Assembly (NCBI GenBank): GCA_902787665.1
Contig: CADAHF010000001.1
Coordinates: 2,757 to 66,756, forward strand
DNA length: 64,000 nt
Source of the DNA: an uncultured Pseudomonadota bacterium
Lineage (GTDB): Bacteria; Pseudomonadota; Alphaproteobacteria; Rs-D84
Direction: 5' to 3'
Shown: in pieces, positions 35,151 through 44,672 of the stretch
How positions within the stretch are numbered: position 1 is the first letter of the stretch
Layout: every line of letters begins with the position of its first letter
The notes under the pieces: generated by a model
What the model saw: the letters and a program-made list of their open reading frames with translations, nothing else
What the model was told of the DNA's origin: nothing
Databases searched by the model: none
Position numbers and translations under genes: made by a program

Positions 35151-35657
35151 ATGTTGCAAATGAAACTTTGTGGCGATTTGGTCTTGCGCGAAAAGTGCGA
35201 CGCGGTGGGTGAAATTACCCCCGATATTTTGCATGCAATGGATGAAATGGTGCAAATGATGCATGAACAAAATGGCGTTGGCCTGGCTGCGCCCCAGGTG
35301 AACATTACAAAACGATTCTTGGTTATGATGAATCCGGATACGAACGAAGTGTTCAAAATGATTAACCCAAAAATCGTTCGTAAAAGTGTCGAGACGGTTA
35401 AAATGGAAGAAGGGTGCCTGTCGGTTTTGGGATCGGACGGGTTGCCGGTCTTTTCAGATGTGGTGCGTCCAGAAAATGTTGATGTGGAATGGACGGACGA
35501 AAACGGAAAAAGTTTGGCTGCACACATGTCGGGCCTGCCGGCGCGTATCGTGCAACATGAAACAGACCATTTGGACGGAGTTCTGTTTATTGATTATCTG
35601 TCGCCGGTGCATCGCGAAATGGTTATGCGCAAGGTGCGTAAATACAAAAAAGCATAA
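35151..35657 (+). CDS. def: peptide deformylase
   Basis: Motifs GVGLAAPQ, EGCLS and HETDHLDG. Confidence 0.9.
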   Translation: MLQMKLCGDLVLREKCDAVGEITPDILHAMDEMVQMMHEQNGVGLAAPQVNITKRFLVMMNPDTNEVFKMINPKIVRKSVETVKMEEGCLSVLGSDGLPVFSDVVRPENVDVEWTDENGKSLAAHMSGLPARIVQHETDHLDGVLFIDYLSPVHREMVMRKVRKYKKA

Positions 35658-35658
35658 A

Positions 35659-36465
35659 ATGAAATTAGTTTTAATGGGAACAAATGATTTTGTTGTCCCA
35701 ATCTTTAACGCGATTAAAAAAGCCGGACATGAAATTGTCGCGGTTTTTACGCGCGCACCAAAGCCGGTTGGTCGTAAACATATTTTAACAAAATCGCCGG
35801 TGCATACATGGGCGGAAACAAATGGGCTGACCGTTCATACAAACATCAAAGAATATAAATACACACCTGATATGGTTGTGGTTGTGTCATACGGTGTGAT
35901 TTTGGGAGATGATGTATTAAATTCTGCACCTGTTATCAATATTCACCCAAGTGATTTACCACGTTATCGCGGGCCGTCACCAATCAGAACAGCAATTTTT
36001 AATGGCGACAAACAAAGTGCCGTTTGTTTGATGAAAATTGTTCCGGAATTAGACACGGGCGATATCCTTATGCGTGTGCCGTTCGATATATGTGAAAATG
36101 ATACCAATGATACGATTGAAAAACGTGTGTCAGAAGTTGGTTCTGATATGATTGTTGAATACCTGAATGCGCCAGAAAAATATGTGCCAGTTGCACAAAG
36201 TGGTAATGCAACATATACAAAGAAATTCATTGGTGACGATGAAATTATTGATTGGAATAAATCTAGACAATCAATTCATAACCAAATTCGTGCGCTGGGC
36301 TGTGGCCGGACAAAGATAAATGGCATAGATGTGAAAATTTTGGAAACACGTATTGAAAACGGCGAATTAAAAATAATCACAATTCAACCAGCAGGTAAAA
36401 AACCGATGAATTGGAAAAGCTTTATAAATGGCTTGCGCGGAGCAGAGATTGTATTTGGAAAATAA
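35659..36465 (+). CDS. fmt: methionyl-tRNA formyltransferase
   Basis: N-terminal Rossmann-like formyltransferase (MKLVLMGTNDF…IHPSDLPRYRGPSPI…). The ATG at 35659 directly follows the def stop. Confidence 0.85.
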   Translation: MKLVLMGTNDFVVPIFNAIKKAGHEIVAVFTRAPKPVGRKHILTKSPVHTWAETNGLTVHTNIKEYKYTPDMVVVVSYGVILGDDVLNSAPVINIHPSDLPRYRGPSPIRTAIFNGDKQSAVCLMKIVPELDTGDILMRVPFDICENDTNDTIEKRVSEVGSDMIVEYLNAPEKYVPVAQSGNATYTKKFIGDDEIIDWNKSRQSIHNQIRALGCGRTKINGIDVKILETRIENGELKIITIQPAGKKPMNWKSFINGLRGAEIVFGK

Positions 36466-36480
36466 AGTTAAGGAAAACAA

Positions 36481-36690
36481 ATGGCCGAAGATAACAGTAA
36501 AAAATATTGTGGTTTGTTTGATTGCCATGTTGTGCAATCTGAACATAATAAAAACGGAACGTGTAAATGCTTAACGTGTATGGGGTTGCGTTGTGAAAAC
36601 TGTCAGCAATATAAAGATTTGCGGGACGAAGCAGACAAAAACGATTGGGTAAAACTAGAACGTTGTATAAGCTGCAAAAAACAAAGATGA
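36481..36690 (+). CDS. small cysteine-rich protein (8-9 Cys), paralog A
   Basis: 69 aa. RBS AAGGAAA. Shares with paralog B the pattern C-x4-C-x12-CKCLxC-…-C-x2-C-…-RCIxCxKQ and the SEHNxNG motif. Confidence 0.5.
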   Translation: MAEDNSKKYCGLFDCHVVQSEHNKNGTCKCLTCMGLRCENCQQYKDLRDEADKNDWVKLERCISCKKQR

Positions 36691-36715
36691 CACGGAAAAT
36701 GATAAAGGAATAACA

Positions 36716-36964
36716 ATGGCAGAAAACAAAGCACCAACATGGCTTGATACACATCCTTTTTGTGCATTTATGAGCTGTAATGTACTTGTTTCTGAACATA
36801 ATAACAATGGTGAATGTAAGTGTTTGTCATGTCATCCAGGAACCGGGTACTGTAATAATGGTTGTTCATGGTATGAAAGTTTGATGCAAGAACGTTGGAA
36901 CGAAGAAACAAGTTTTGATAATCGGTGTATAAGGTGTATGAAACAACAAGAAAAACAAAAATGA
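36716..36964 (+). CDS. small cysteine-rich protein, paralog B
   Basis: 82 aa. RBS AAAGGAA. Same Cys framework as paralog A. Its stop overlaps the truA start (ATGA). Confidence 0.5.
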   Translation: MAENKAPTWLDTHPFCAFMSCNVLVSEHNNNGECKCLSCHPGTGYCNNGCSWYESLMQERWNEETSFDNRCIRCMKQQEKQK

Positions 36965-37719
36965 CCCGTTATAAAGTAAATCTTGAATATGATGGAACCG
37001 ATTTAATCGGGTGGCAAGAAAATGCCCAGGGGCCATCTGTACAATCAATTTTGTCGGATGCGATTTTTTCTTTCTGTGGTACGCGTCCCGATGTCGTTGG
37101 CGCGGGTCGCACAGATGCTGGTGTGCATGCGTTAAATATGGTCGCACATTTTGATTTGGATAAAGACGTGGATTCCGAAACAGTTATGCGGGCATTGAAT
37201 TTTTATTTGGTTAATAAACCTGTTGCAGTATTAAATTGCGAAATTGTTGCGGACGATTTTAATGCGCGTTTTGATTGTGTAAGACGCAATTATAAATATG
37301 TCGTATTAAATCGTGGACCGCAACCAGTGTTAAATAAAAATCGTGTTTGGTGGGTGCCGCGCAAATTAAATATAACTGCGATGAAACGCGCAGCTTCAAG
37401 GTTGGTTGGCAAGCATGATTTTACAAGTTTTCGTGCCGCCGAATGTCAGGCAAAGTCACCGATTAAAACGCTTGATTCGGCAACCGTTATAAAACAAGGC
37501 GATGAAATTATTTTCGAATTTTCAGCGCGGTCTTTTTTGCATCACCAGGTTCGTAATATGGTTGGAACATTGGTTGAAATTGGCGCTGGTAAACCATACG
37601 ATATTGATGAGATTTTTGCGGCAAAAAATCGCAGCGCTGCGGGTCCAAATGCACCGGCGTCAGGCCTGTATTTCGTTAGTGCTGAATATTCCAACGGCGG
37701 TTGTAATTCTGATAAATAA
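36961..37719 (+). CDS. truA: tRNA pseudouridine(38-40) synthase
   Basis: …LEYDGTDLIGWQ…GAGRTDAGVHA… includes the catalytic Asp motif. Confidence 0.9.
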   Translation: MTRYKVNLEYDGTDLIGWQENAQGPSVQSILSDAIFSFCGTRPDVVGAGRTDAGVHALNMVAHFDLDKDVDSETVMRALNFYLVNKPVAVLNCEIVADDFNARFDCVRRNYKYVVLNRGPQPVLNKNRVWWVPRKLNITAMKRAASRLVGKHDFTSFRAAECQAKSPIKTLDSATVIKQGDEIIFEFSARSFLHHQVRNMVGTLVEIGAGKPYDIDEIFAAKNRSAAGPNAPASGLYFVSAEYSNGGCNSDK

Positions 37720-39601
37720 TTTTGCCGTTTTCATAAATTATAAATCCATCGCGTAAAATTTTAGATTCACAATTCGGCGCAGTGATATCAAAATACGAAA
37801 CAATATAATCAACCGTTTCATCATTACACAGTTTCGTTATGTTGTTTTGCAGTGCAGAAAATTTCTGCATATATGCGATTTTGATTTTTGGTGATTGAAA
37901 TATATACAATCCTTTTTTATGCTTCGCACGTGTGTTTGGTGTATCTGTTTTTATATGTGCAAAATGTTTCCATGTGTCAAAAGTGAAATAATGATTTGAT
38001 GCGCGCGATTTATTAAATGTAATTTCATTATCATTTACAAACGCGACAAGTTCATGATCGCTTGTTGCCATAAACAACGGTTTTGGTGTGGCTACAATTG
38101 TGATAATGCCAAATAGTATAAATATTGCCCCAAGTATGTAATTCATTTTTATCTTTAACGGGCGAATTAAAACAACGCACATCATGCCAAGAATAATCAA
38201 ACATAGTGCCATATTAGATATATATGGTGTTTGTATTGTGGCATGTGGTAATTCAGCAATAAATTTTGCAACAGACAAAGTAAAGTTATATGCAACATCT
38301 GCAATATGTAATGGAAACGCAAAACCACAAATGGCTGCAAATATGCCAATAATAACAAGTGGCATAATTATAACTGAAAACAGGGGCAGTAAAATTAAGT
38401 TTCCGATAATGCTGTAGATTGGCACCGAATAAAAATGCACGGCGATGAATGGCGCAGTAAAGATTGACGCAACAATCGCAGTTAAAACAGCAGTTGTTAG
38501 ATAACGCGGAATTTTGTTTTCTGGCAGTTTTGGATTAACACAATTCCAAAACCAGACAAGACCAAATATAGCCGAAAAAGATAACTGAAAACCCGCTGTC
38601 ATAATATAATATGGGTTAATCAAAAACAGAATGCAAAATGCCAGACATACATTACGTAATGAAAACGCCCCGCGCCCCAATAATGCTGCCAAACAAATAA
38701 GTGTTGCCATTAAAAATGCGCGCAGTGTTGCAACCGATGCACCAGATATCAGTACATAAGAAATAAGGACGCCCCACGCGCAACACATGGCGATGTGTTT
38801 TGCAGGTATGCGTTTAACAATCGGTGGTATTAAACGAAACAGAAAATAAAATATCGCGAACAACCAACCCATAATAAGCGTCATGTGGAAACCACTGATT
38901 GACCAAACATGCCCAACACCCGTCGATGTCCAGATTTCGCGTTCAGCTGCGGGCAGGGTGTGTTTATATCCCAATATCAAACTGTCCACCAGAGGTGCAT
39001 TTGTGTGGTTGTGTATCCATGAACGTAAGTTATTCGGTGCGCGTTCCGTTATTGTAATATCATCGGCATATCCAGTTGATGTCAGCTTGTTGAAATACGA
39101 CCAACGTGCAAAATCAAAGCCACCGGGTGCGTCCGCCGGGCTGGGGGTGAACAATGTCGCGGTTGTTTCAACTTCATCGTTTATATTTATTTGATTTGCT
39201 GTATCCACAGATATACGCACCACTGCATGACGACTTGAATCAATGTTTAATTCATTTGCGGGAACACTAATATAAATACGTGTCTTGTCGGCGGTATAAT
39301 CAATATCACTAACGCGTCCAGCAATTTCAACATCGCGCAAGTTTTTCTTTAATATTGGTGTATCTATCGTATTGGTGTACGCACACGCGTAAACAAAACC
39401 AAAAAGAAAAATTAAAATTGCGCGAATAATAATTGGTGCGCGCCAAAGACACATTGTCCCAAACAAAATTGCTGATATTAAAAACGCAAATGGAATATGT
39501 GGCTCAAACCCAATTGAAAAATATAGTGCACCACCCGCCGCCATTATAAACGGGACCCATAAAAACAGATTATCTTTTTGCACTTTCCAGATTTCTTGCA
39601 T
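37676..39601 (-). CDS. comEC: ComEC/Rec2-family DNA internalisation channel protein (short form)
   Basis: DUF4131-like N-terminus and a polytopic competence domain. 641 aa. Its 3' end overlaps the truA 3' end by 44 nt (convergent). Confidence 0.7.
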   Translation of the reverse strand: MQEIWKVQKDNLFLWVPFIMAAGGALYFSIGFEPHIPFAFLISAILFGTMCLWRAPIIIRAILIFLFGFVYACAYTNTIDTPILKKNLRDVEIAGRVSDIDYTADKTRIYISVPANELNIDSSRHAVVRISVDTANQININDEVETTATLFTPSPADAPGGFDFARWSYFNKLTSTGYADDITITERAPNNLRSWIHNHTNAPLVDSLILGYKHTLPAAEREIWTSTGVGHVWSISGFHMTLIMGWLFAIFYFLFRLIPPIVKRIPAKHIAMCCAWGVLISYVLISGASVATLRAFLMATLICLAALLGRGAFSLRNVCLAFCILFLINPYYIMTAGFQLSFSAIFGLVWFWNCVNPKLPENKIPRYLTTAVLTAIVASIFTAPFIAVHFYSVPIYSIIGNLILLPLFSVIIMPLVIIGIFAAICGFAFPLHIADVAYNFTLSVAKFIAELPHATIQTPYISNMALCLIILGMMCVVLIRPLKIKMNYILGAIFILFGIITIVATPKPLFMATSDHELVAFVNDNEITFNKSRASNHYFTFDTWKHFAHIKTDTPNTRAKHKKGLYIFQSPKIKIAYMQKFSALQNNITKLCNDETVDYIVSYFDITAPNCESKILRDGFIIYENGKIIYQNYNRRWNIQH

Positions 39602-39645
39602 ATATAAAGTATAGGAATTTATACGGAATTACTGCAACGATATTT

Positions 39646-39960
39646 TTATTTGCCGAATATAAAAGAATTATCGGCAGAAAGAGAAATAATTGCGTCAATA
39701 TCGTCTTCTGGGGCGGCATGTTGACGAATGGTTTTACCACATTTTTCACATTTATGGGTGATTATGAACCCTTCGCCAGATTTTTCAGCGGCAATCGGTG
39801 CCATCATTCCGCCACAAGTCGCGGCGCGGTCGCCCGGGGTATTATCCACATGGCGTGAATACAAACATTTCGGGCAATGGTTTGTATATCCATTGCCCGA
39901 AACAGTCGCGCCACAATGTGCGCATGTAAAATCTTCAACAGTTTTTGTGAATCGTTTCAT
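39646..39960 (-). CDS. RNHCP-domain zinc-ribbon protein
   Basis: …TNHCPKCLYSRHVD… signature plus extra CxxC pairs. Confidence 0.55.
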   Translation of the reverse strand: MKRFTKTVEDFTCAHCGATVSGNGYTNHCPKCLYSRHVDNTPGDRAATCGGMMAPIAAEKSGEGFIITHKCEKCGKTIRQHAAPEDDIDAIISLSADNSFIFGK

Positions 39961-40208
39961 TACAGACCCAACGCATTACGATACATTTGGGTTAATTCGT
40001 CTGTTTCCATCAATTCGTCTGGATCCAGTTTACGCAAACGTATCATCTGGCGAATATATTTTGGGTCAAAACCAGCCGATTTTGCTTCACTATACACTTC
40101 TTTGATATCAGCGGCGATTGCAGCGGTTTCTTCATTTAATTTTTCAATTCTTTCAATAATGCTTGTTAATTGTTGGTTATCAATTGCACCGTGGTTTGCG
40201 TTTTTCAT
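39960..40208 (-). CDS. GapR-like DUF2312/UPF0335 nucleoid-associated protein
   Basis: 82 aa. …LTSIIERIEKLNEETAAIAADIKEVYSEAKSAGFDPKYIRQMIRLRKLD… matches the conserved alphaproteobacterial DUF2312. RBS AAGGGGA. Confidence 0.65.
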   Translation of the reverse strand: MKNANHGAIDNQQLTSIIERIEKLNEETAAIAADIKEVYSEAKSAGFDPKYIRQMIRLRKLDPDELMETDELTQMYRNALGL

Positions 40209-40297
40209 ATATTTTTCCCCTTGTTATGTGTTTTGATATGATATATCATAAATTGAAAAAATCAAGACAAACAAAATTGTAATGTGTGGGGAGGGGT

Positions 40298-41668
40298 ATG
40301 TACAATTTTACCAAAATTACCGCATCAATCGGCCCGAAAAGCAGTGACCGCAAAACCATATATGATATGGTTGTGGCGGGCGCTGATGTGTTTCGCATAA
40401 ATTTCAGTCATGATACGGGGCGTGTGCAGGGGGCTAAGATTGATTTAATTCGTGATGTTGCCACAGAATTGGGCAAGCCGATTGGTATAATTGTTGATCT
40501 GCAGGGGCCCAAACACCGTATTGGTGATTTTGAAACAGATGAAAAATATCCATTAAAAGTCGGACAAAAATTTACATTTGATGATGTTGATAAACCTGGA
40601 AATTCCAAACGCGTTTATTTGCCAGATAACGATGTCCTGAAATCATTGCATGTGGGTGATCGTATTTTACTGAATGATGGAAAAATTGAAATGACGGTGG
40701 AATCGGTGGCGGCGCACAAAGTGGTTGCGACGGTTGTTCGTGGTGATCAAATTTGGTCGCGGCGTGGGTTTAACCTGCCGGATACAGATGTTGCAACGCC
40801 AATACTGACCCCAAAAGATCGCGATGATTTGGAATATGCAATTACGAAAAAGCCAGATTATGTCGCAATATCTTTTGTGCAACGTGCGTCTGATATTGCG
40901 GTTGTGCGTGAATTTATTGCAAGTCGCACAACACACCCAATCAAAATAATTGCAAAAATTGAACGGCCAAATGCGGTGGAAAGAATTGATGAAATTGTGT
41001 CTGCGGCGGACGGTATTATGATTGCGCGTGGCGATTTAGCGGTTGAGGTTCCGTTTGAGGAAGTGCCGGCAATTTCGCGCAAGATTATTCGTGTTTGTCG
41101 CACTATGAATAAACCAGTAATTATGGCAACGCAAATGATGGCAACGATGGTGGATGCGGAATTTCCAACCCGTGCCGAGATTTCTGATGTGGCAAATGCG
41201 GCATATCTGCGTGCCGATTCCACAATGACAAGCGAAGAAACAACCATTGGTGTGAATCCAGTCAATGTTATTGATAAAATGGCGCGCATTTTGTCGTATT
41301 CTGATTCTGATACAATCGCGAACCCATACGATTGGTCGCGCGTTGATAACACACCACAAAATGATTGGTCGCGTTCGGTATCAAGCATGGCATACCTGAA
41401 CCACGCGGTTGCGATAATTGTGTTTGCACGTGATGCCGAAAGTGCAATTCAGATTTCGTGTCGCAAACCAGATATTCCAATTATCGCCGTATGTAATGAT
41501 GTCGTGGTCGCAAATCAGTTGTGTTTGTGCCGTGGTATATCAAGTATATATGATGAACAGTTGTATGGTATGCGTGATGGCTTTAATTCTGCCCGCCGTT
41601 TTGGCATTCACACCGGCAAATTAGTAATCGTAGACGAAGATAAAATAAGTTTAAGAACACTTGATTAA
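40298..41668 (+). CDS. pyk: pyruvate kinase
   Basis: …KITASIGP…FRINFSHD…VDLQGPKHRIG…MIARGDLAVE…MATQMM… are canonical PK motifs. Confidence 0.9.
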   Translation: MYNFTKITASIGPKSSDRKTIYDMVVAGADVFRINFSHDTGRVQGAKIDLIRDVATELGKPIGIIVDLQGPKHRIGDFETDEKYPLKVGQKFTFDDVDKPGNSKRVYLPDNDVLKSLHVGDRILLNDGKIEMTVESVAAHKVVATVVRGDQIWSRRGFNLPDTDVATPILTPKDRDDLEYAITKKPDYVAISFVQRASDIAVVREFIASRTTHPIKIIAKIERPNAVERIDEIVSAADGIMIARGDLAVEVPFEEVPAISRKIIRVCRTMNKPVIMATQMMATMVDAEFPTRAEISDVANAAYLRADSTMTSEETTIGVNPVNVIDKMARILSYSDSDTIANPYDWSRVDNTPQNDWSRSVSSMAYLNHAVAIIVFARDAESAIQISCRKPDIPIIAVCNDVVVANQLCLCRGISSIYDEQLYGMRDGFNSARRFGIHTGKLVIVDEDKISLRTLD

Positions 41669-41726
41669 AAACACCGGCAAACCTGTCACGACGCAACGAA
41701 GTGAAGACGGATGCCGGTGTTTTTTA
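41667..41726. repeat. ~60-nt palindromic terminator-associated repeat (inverted copy of the element at 34173-34232)
   Basis: AAAAACACCGGCAAACCTGTCACGACGCAACGAAGTGAAGACGGATGCCGGTGTTTTTT. Confidence 0.6.
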
Positions 41727-41779
41727 TTATTTTTTCTCTATTGACCCGGGGGGCAAAATTTTACTAAACTTTAATTACT

Positions 41780-42946
41780 ATGAAGGGAAGATTTCTTATT
41801 TTGCCGATGCTGTTTTTTGCATCAATTGCCAACGCGGCGAATTACCGTGCAGCAATGGTCGCCGATATGGATTCGGGGCGCGTTTTGTATTCTGAAAACG
41901 CAACCGATTTGAACTATCCGGCAAGTTTAACAAAAATTATGACGCTGTACCTGACGTTTGATGCGCTGGAACATGGGCGGTTACACCTGGACGACTATTT
42001 AATCGTTTCAAATGCTGCGGCAAATGCAGAGCCGGTAAAACTTGGTTTGCCCGCTGGCAGCAAGATTACGGTCGAAGACGCGATAAAGGCGGTTGCTGTG
42101 CACAGTGCAAATGATGTTGCACGCGTCTTGGCAGAAAACCTGAAAGGTGGGAAAGAGGGTAATTTTGCATCGTTAATGACACGTGTGGCACGGGAAATAG
42201 GATTGTCGAAAACTAATTTTGAAAACTCTTCGGGGCTGCCGGACGATGACCATTTGTCCACTGCGCGTGATATCGCGCTGGTTGCGATGGCGGTGTATAA
42301 GCATTTCCCACAATACTGGAAATACTTTGGTATTGGGTCGTGGACATACGGCGGCAAAACATATACAAACGGAAATCGTTTGTTGGCGACATATCCGGGT
42401 TGTGATGGTATGAAGACGGGTTATACGAATAAATCGAAATATTCACTTGTTGCGACGGCAAAACGTGGTGATAAACATTTAATGGCGGTTGTTTTGGGTG
42501 CAGAAAATAAAGATGTGCGTGCCGCGGTTTCGGCAAAGCTGCTGGATAAAGGGTTTGATATGTTGGCACGCGACCCAGCACCAGCAATGATTGTGCGTGA
42601 ATCGCCAACTGTGGCGCCGATTGATACAACACCAAAGTCTGCACCAGTTTATGATAATACACAATCAGTAAATACATTTGCAGGCGCATATCATGCGGCA
42701 ACAAATCATGCGCCGGTTACAGTATCGCAAAGCGGTCCTGGTGTTCAATTTGGTGCGTTTTCAACGCGTGATGCAGCGTCACGTATGATTGCAACCGTAA
42801 AAAATGCAACTGGTACAACGCCGATTATTGAAACAGCACCAAATGGATTGTTCCGCGTGCGTGCATATGGTTTGACGGAAAGCGCAGCACAATCGTTAAA
42901 AACAAAAGCATCGGCATCTGGTATTGATTGCTATGTGTTTCATTGA
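41780..42946 (+). CDS. D-alanyl-D-alanine carboxypeptidase (PBP5/6-like) with C-terminal SPOR domain
   Basis: Signal peptide. Active-site motifs SLTKIMT (SxxK), SAND (SxN) and KTGYT. The C-terminal ~70 aa are SPOR-like (…VQFGAFSTRDAASRMIATV…FRVRAYGLTESAAQSL…). Confidence 0.8.
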   Translation: MKGRFLILPMLFFASIANAANYRAAMVADMDSGRVLYSENATDLNYPASLTKIMTLYLTFDALEHGRLHLDDYLIVSNAAANAEPVKLGLPAGSKITVEDAIKAVAVHSANDVARVLAENLKGGKEGNFASLMTRVAREIGLSKTNFENSSGLPDDDHLSTARDIALVAMAVYKHFPQYWKYFGIGSWTYGGKTYTNGNRLLATYPGCDGMKTGYTNKSKYSLVATAKRGDKHLMAVVLGAENKDVRAAVSAKLLDKGFDMLARDPAPAMIVRESPTVAPIDTTPKSAPVYDNTQSVNTFAGAYHAATNHAPVTVSQSGPGVQFGAFSTRDAASRMIATVKNATGTTPIIETAPNGLFRVRAYGLTESAAQSLKTKASASGIDCYVFH

Positions 42947-42957
42947 TGGGGTTTTAA

Positions 42958-44079
42958 ATGTTCAAGATTCGCAGTATATCAGATATGGAAAACGAATTGC
43001 TGGCATTGTCCAAGACAGAGGATGTTGTAGGGGTAACCGTTGTCGGTGTTGACGAAAGACGTAGTTTACAGAATGCAGAACAACTGTTGACCAAAGAGGA
43101 GATAAAACGCGATGTTTCGACATATGCACGTATTCTGATAAATGTGTACTGCGGTTGGCCTTTTCACAAAGATATTATTAAAAGAAAAGTTCTGAAAAAA
43201 TTATTAGATATTTATCACAGTGATCAAGATATGACCGCTTTGGAATTATTTAATAGATTGAAAGACGTTGTTGCGGTGATTCCTGATAATCATATTTGGT
43301 TGGGTTTTAATGATACTCAGGCAAGATGTTCTTTTAAACGAGATTATAAAAATGTCGGGAAAAATTTGGCAAAACCAAATACGCTTGTAACAGAGTTGCG
43401 CCCAGACAATATAGCGGTTATCGCATTTCGCAGAATGTATCCAGATACATGGGTTGGTGAACAACTGTTGACATTCAAAGATTCATTAGATAATTCATCT
43501 GCTTTGATTGTCGATTTGCGTCGTAATGGTGGCGGAAGTAGTGAGTATTCTGACGAATTGGCAAAATATCTGTATGGCGATAATGTGCGCAGTACGAAAC
43601 GCACATTTGTAAGAAACAACCCAGATGCTGCAAGATTTTTACCTATGGTTCGTCCAAATGGTTGTTGGTGGGATAATGTCAAAGGTGATTCTGATCCAAT
43701 GGCATGTAATGAAAAACCGATGACAAAGTTTAACGCAGATAAGGGTTATGCAAAACCAGTATATATTTTGACGGATGGACATACGGGGTCTTCTTCTGAA
43801 ATGTTTTTGTTGCGTATGATACATCATCCATATGTTAGGGTCGTTGGGGACAACTCGGCTGGTATGGAAAGGTTTGGTAATATGGGAACTGGATTTTTAC
43901 CGGTCAGCAACATAATATTTAGTGTTGGTCTTAACTATCGTGAATTGGAAATTGACAATTTTGAATTGCATGGTTATAAACCAGATATTATGTGTAAAGA
44001 TGGTCAAGATGCGTTTGAAGTTGCAATGGCCGATTTAAGTAAACAAATTATGTTGTCGCGGAATGGAATTGAAAAATGA
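42958..44079 (+). CDS. S41-family (C-terminal processing/tail-specific protease-like) peptidase, no signal peptide
   Basis: Motifs IVDLRRNGGG and TDGHTGSSSEMF (catalytic Ser region). Confidence 0.55.
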   Translation: MFKIRSISDMENELLALSKTEDVVGVTVVGVDERRSLQNAEQLLTKEEIKRDVSTYARILINVYCGWPFHKDIIKRKVLKKLLDIYHSDQDMTALELFNRLKDVVAVIPDNHIWLGFNDTQARCSFKRDYKNVGKNLAKPNTLVTELRPDNIAVIAFRRMYPDTWVGEQLLTFKDSLDNSSALIVDLRRNGGGSSEYSDELAKYLYGDNVRSTKRTFVRNNPDAARFLPMVRPNGCWWDNVKGDSDPMACNEKPMTKFNADKGYAKPVYILTDGHTGSSSEMFLLRMIHHPYVRVVGDNSAGMERFGNMGTGFLPVSNIIFSVGLNYRELEIDNFELHGYKPDIMCKDGQDAFEVAMADLSKQIMLSRNGIEK

Positions 44080-44672
44080 ATTCGAAAATTGAAAAGTTAA
44101 TAAAACAATTTGCAAAGCTGCCGCGGGTTGGAAATCGGGCGGCGGTGCGAATTGTGCTATCGATTTTGCAAACTCGTGATGGGCGGGCGGAAAATTTGGC
44201 GGCGGCAATTTTGGATGCAACTGAAAATGTTGTGCCGTGTCCAGTGTGTGGAACACTGACCGATAAAAATGTGGGGACTTGTGAATTCTGTCGCGACACG
44301 AGTCGTAGCAATGGGCAAATTTGTGTCGTGCGTGATATGGGCGATGTGTGGACATTGGAAAAATCGTCTGTATTTCATGGTCGGTATCATATTATCGGCA
44401 ATTTATTGTCGGGTGCGAACGGTGTTATACCCGAAGATTTGAATTTGAAAACTTTGCCGGACCGCATAAAAAACGAAAATATAACGGAAATTATTTTTGC
44501 ATTGCCCAATACGGTTGAGGGGAAAACAACTCAGCATTATATTATGTCTGTAATCGGTAATGGTAATGTGAAATTCAGTGAATTGGCATCTGGTGTGCCA
44601 CTGGGTGGTGATTTAGACTATATTGATGATGGAACATTATCGTTGGCATTTGGGGGACGGCGCGAATTATGA
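44076..44672 (+). CDS. recR: recombination protein RecR
   Basis: N-terminal HhH, a C4 zinc finger (CPVCGTL…CEFC) and a Toprim domain. The start overlaps the upstream stop (ATGA). Confidence 0.9.
   Translation: MNSKIEKLIKQFAKLPRVGNRAAVRIVLSILQTRDGRAENLAAAILDATENVVPCPVCGTLTDKNVGTCEFCRDTSRSNGQICVVRDMGDVWTLEKSSVFHGRYHIIGNLLSGANGVIPEDLNLKTLPDRIKNENITEIIFALPNTVEGKTTQHYIMSVIGNGNVKFSELASGVPLGGDLDYIDDGTLSLAFGGRREL

Noticed and set aside
41701-41895. 64-aa plus-strand ORF upstream of the carboxypeptidase
   Set aside because: It begins inside the palindromic repeat element and overlaps the real start region of the signal-peptide-bearing dacC-like gene.
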